Source: an uncultured Bacteroidota bacterium (lineage in GTDB: Bacteria; Bacteroidota; Ignavibacteria; UBA10030; UBA6906). Taken from it: a stretch of DNA of 64,000 bases. Position numbers and translations under genes: made by a program. The notes beneath the pieces were generated by a model. The model saw only the letters and a list, made by a program, of their open reading frames with translations, ran no database searches and had not been told where the DNA came from. The stretch is from positions 1,696,001 through 1,760,000 of the forward strand of contig CAVOYH010000003.1 in NCBI GenBank assembly GCA_963700635.1, in the 5' to 3' direction. The stretch's first letter is position 1, and each line of letters begins with the position of its first letter. This document shows, in pieces, positions 61,848 to 64,000 of this stretch.

Positions 61848-62897
61848 ATGAGCGCCCGAAAACCCCTGCGTATAATCAACAGCGTTGCCCCCATACGCAT
61901 CGTCGATAATGGAGGGTGGACCGACACGTGGTTTGCCGGGCACGGAAAGATCTTCAACATCGGCGTCTATCCGTATGCCGAGGTGCAGATTGAGGTCTTT
62001 CCTTCCGACGGGACGGACGAGCGCGTGATCATCCAGGCGGAGAATTTCGGGGACAGATACGCCGTGGCGCCCGAGCACGCCGTCTGGAACAGGCATCCGC
62101 TCCTTGAAGCCGCGATCCACCATATGAAGGTCCCTTCTGAACTCTCCCTTCAGGTCAGCATCTATTCCGAGGCTCCTGCGGGTGCATCCACCGGGACATC
62201 AGCAGCGGTGTCCGTGGCGTTACTCGGGGCATTGGATCGGCTCACACCCGGCCGGATGACACCGCACGAGGTGGCGCTTGCCGCGCACCACGTGGAGATG
62301 AATATGCTCAATCTGCAATGCGGCATCCAGGACCAGCTCTGTTCCGCGTACGGGGGGATCAACTATATCGAAATGCGTCAGTTTCCGTGGGCCGCGGTGT
62401 CGCAAATCCAGGTCCCCAACAGCACATGGTGGGAACTGGAGCGTCGTCTGGTTCTGATCTACCTCGGGCGATCTCACGACTCCACGGCCATCCACCGGAA
62501 AGTGATTCACGAGCTTGAACACGAAGGTCCTGAAAGCCCCCGGCTTGAAGCCCTGAGAGGGACTGCGGAGAAGTCGCGCGATGCGGTGTACGAGGGTGAC
62601 TTCGATGCATTCGGCCGGGCGATGATTGAGAACACCGATGCGCAGGCGCGTCTTCACCCGGAACTGGTCAGCGTTGATGCATCCCGCGTCATCGAGATCG
62701 CACGCCACCACGGTGCAGTCGGATGGAAAGTGAATGGCGCCGGAGGTCCCGGCGGCTCGGTGACTATCCTGATGGGCGACCTCTCGATGGCCAAGCGGCA
62801 GATGATACGGGATGTGGAAGGAGCCGATCCACTCTTCAGAAACATCCCTTTGTATCTCAGCAGGTTCGGTCTCCGCACGTGGGAAGGAACCGTGTGA
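61848..62897 (+). CDS. GHMP sugar kinase (HddA/fucokinase-like)
   Basis: APIRI...GGWTD, PAGASTGTSAA, GIQDQ, KVNGAGG.GG. Confidence 0.88.
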   Translation: MSARKPLRIINSVAPIRIVDNGGWTDTWFAGHGKIFNIGVYPYAEVQIEVFPSDGTDERVIIQAENFGDRYAVAPEHAVWNRHPLLEAAIHHMKVPSELSLQVSIYSEAPAGASTGTSAAVSVALLGALDRLTPGRMTPHEVALAAHHVEMNMLNLQCGIQDQLCSAYGGINYIEMRQFPWAAVSQIQVPNSTWWELERRLVLIYLGRSHDSTAIHRKVIHELEHEGPESPRLEALRGTAEKSRDAVYEGDFDAFGRAMIENTDAQARLHPELVSVDASRVIEIARHHGAVGWKVNGAGGPGGSVTILMGDLSMAKRQMIRDVEGADPLFRNIPLYLSRFGLRTWEGTV

Positions 62898-62900
62898 CCG

Positions 62901-63890
62901 ATGCTGATCCCATTGCTCGCGGTATCCGCTGTAGTTCCCTCTGCGCTGCTGGTGTGGTATTTTCATGCACGTGATCTCTACCCCGAACCACCGCGCGTCC
63001 TCTGGGCCACATTCGGCCTGGGCGTGCTGTCGGTTTTTCCCGTCCTTGCAATCGGCATCCCGCTCCAGGAATCCGTGGACCTCGTTGCAAACCCCGTCTC
63101 AGCAGGGGTTCTCGGCGCGCTCTTTGTCGCCGCCATTCCCGAAGAACTTGCGAAGCTGAGTGTTCTCCTCGGGTACACGAAGCGCCACCAGGCCTTTGAC
63201 GAGCCAATGGATGGCGTTGTGTATGGCGTCGTGGCGTCGCTCGGGTTCGCGACGCTGGAAAATCTTCTCTTTGTTTTCGATGGAGGGCTGACTGTCGCGC
63301 TCTCGCGGGCCTTTACGGCGGTCCCCCTGCATGCATTCGTGGGAGCAATTCTGGGGTACTACGTCGGTCAGGCCCGGTTCCTTCCCCACAAGCAGCGGTC
63401 TCTGATTCTGAAGGGGTATGGCATAGCCGTCCTTCTCCACGCGTGTTACGATTTTCCTCTGATGACCATGGCGGCTGTGGACGACGCCTCGACTGCGGCG
63501 CTCCTTGCGATGTTTACGGTGGTCGTGCTCCTCGTCTGCTGGTTCTGGGCGGTGCGCCTTGTCAACCGCCTTCGCCGTGCCCAGCGTGCAGGGATTGCTG
63601 TAACGCCGGACCTCAACACGGATTCAGGAGAGGTGTCGTTCCGTCCGGCCATCAGGCAGCGGGCGACGGCGATTGGACTCCTGCTTGGAGGGGGGGTGAT
63701 TGCAACCATGGGTGGTATGGTGACCCTGGGCCTCCTGCTGGCCTTTCTGCTCGATGCAGTGAGCGGGGATCACACCACGGATGTTCTTGTGGGCGGCTCG
63801 GTGATAGGAGTCCTGCCACTTGTGCTCGGGGCCTGGATCTTCATCCGCGGAGTGAAGCGTCTGAATCGGCGTCCCGTTCCTGCGGACTAG
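62901..63890 (+). CDS. PrsW-family intramembrane metalloprotease
   Basis: EELAK, GFATLEN, two conserved His (PLHA, LLHACYD). Confidence 0.92.
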   Translation: MLIPLLAVSAVVPSALLVWYFHARDLYPEPPRVLWATFGLGVLSVFPVLAIGIPLQESVDLVANPVSAGVLGALFVAAIPEELAKLSVLLGYTKRHQAFDEPMDGVVYGVVASLGFATLENLLFVFDGGLTVALSRAFTAVPLHAFVGAILGYYVGQARFLPHKQRSLILKGYGIAVLLHACYDFPLMTMAAVDDASTAALLAMFTVVVLLVCWFWAVRLVNRLRRAQRAGIAVTPDLNTDSGEVSFRPAIRQRATAIGLLLGGGVIATMGGMVTLGLLLAFLLDAVSGDHTTDVLVGGSVIGVLPLVLGAWIFIRGVKRLNRRPVPAD

Positions 63891-64000
63891 CCGTCAGGCA
63901 TACGTGCAACGCCGTGCTTCGTCTGCGAACGCCTCGAGAAGGGCTATCTCGGCATCGAAAAAATGGTCAGACGGGCAGAGGATGTATCCCCCGTCGCCGC

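Overview
A GC-rich chromosomal segment of about 55 genes. It is probably from an Ignavibacteria/Bacteroidota-Chlorobiota-type bacterium (inferred from three type IX secretion C-terminal domains, many Gln-after-signal-peptide proteins and TATATTTG promoters). It is mostly housekeeping: hsp20-hsp20-lon, sppA-HU-TPR-bS22, EF-G-like/HIT/ECF sigma module, iscS, prmA, dacB, secA-glnB-era, uvrC, tRNA-Val-pyrR-pyrB-pyrC, a large histidine kinase, glmS, and two sugar loci (hexuronate; possible D-arabinose/GH172). No CRISPR array, integrase or transposase was recognised. The most notable feature is a secreted multiheme c-type cytochrome with 8 CXXCH motifs, 1 contracted CXCH motif and a T9SS sorting domain. 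It sits behind a sigma54-like promoter variant (TGGCAY-N5-TTGAC) that recurs before two other operons, each with tandem upstream sites. Other points are a PyrR attenuator abutting a tRNA, an apparently leaderless autoregulated ECF sigma, and a LarA-dependent uronate route. Several single-base frameshifts in the last 20 kb, including in glmS, most likely reflect assembly error. All assignments come from motif reading by eye; no database searches were run.
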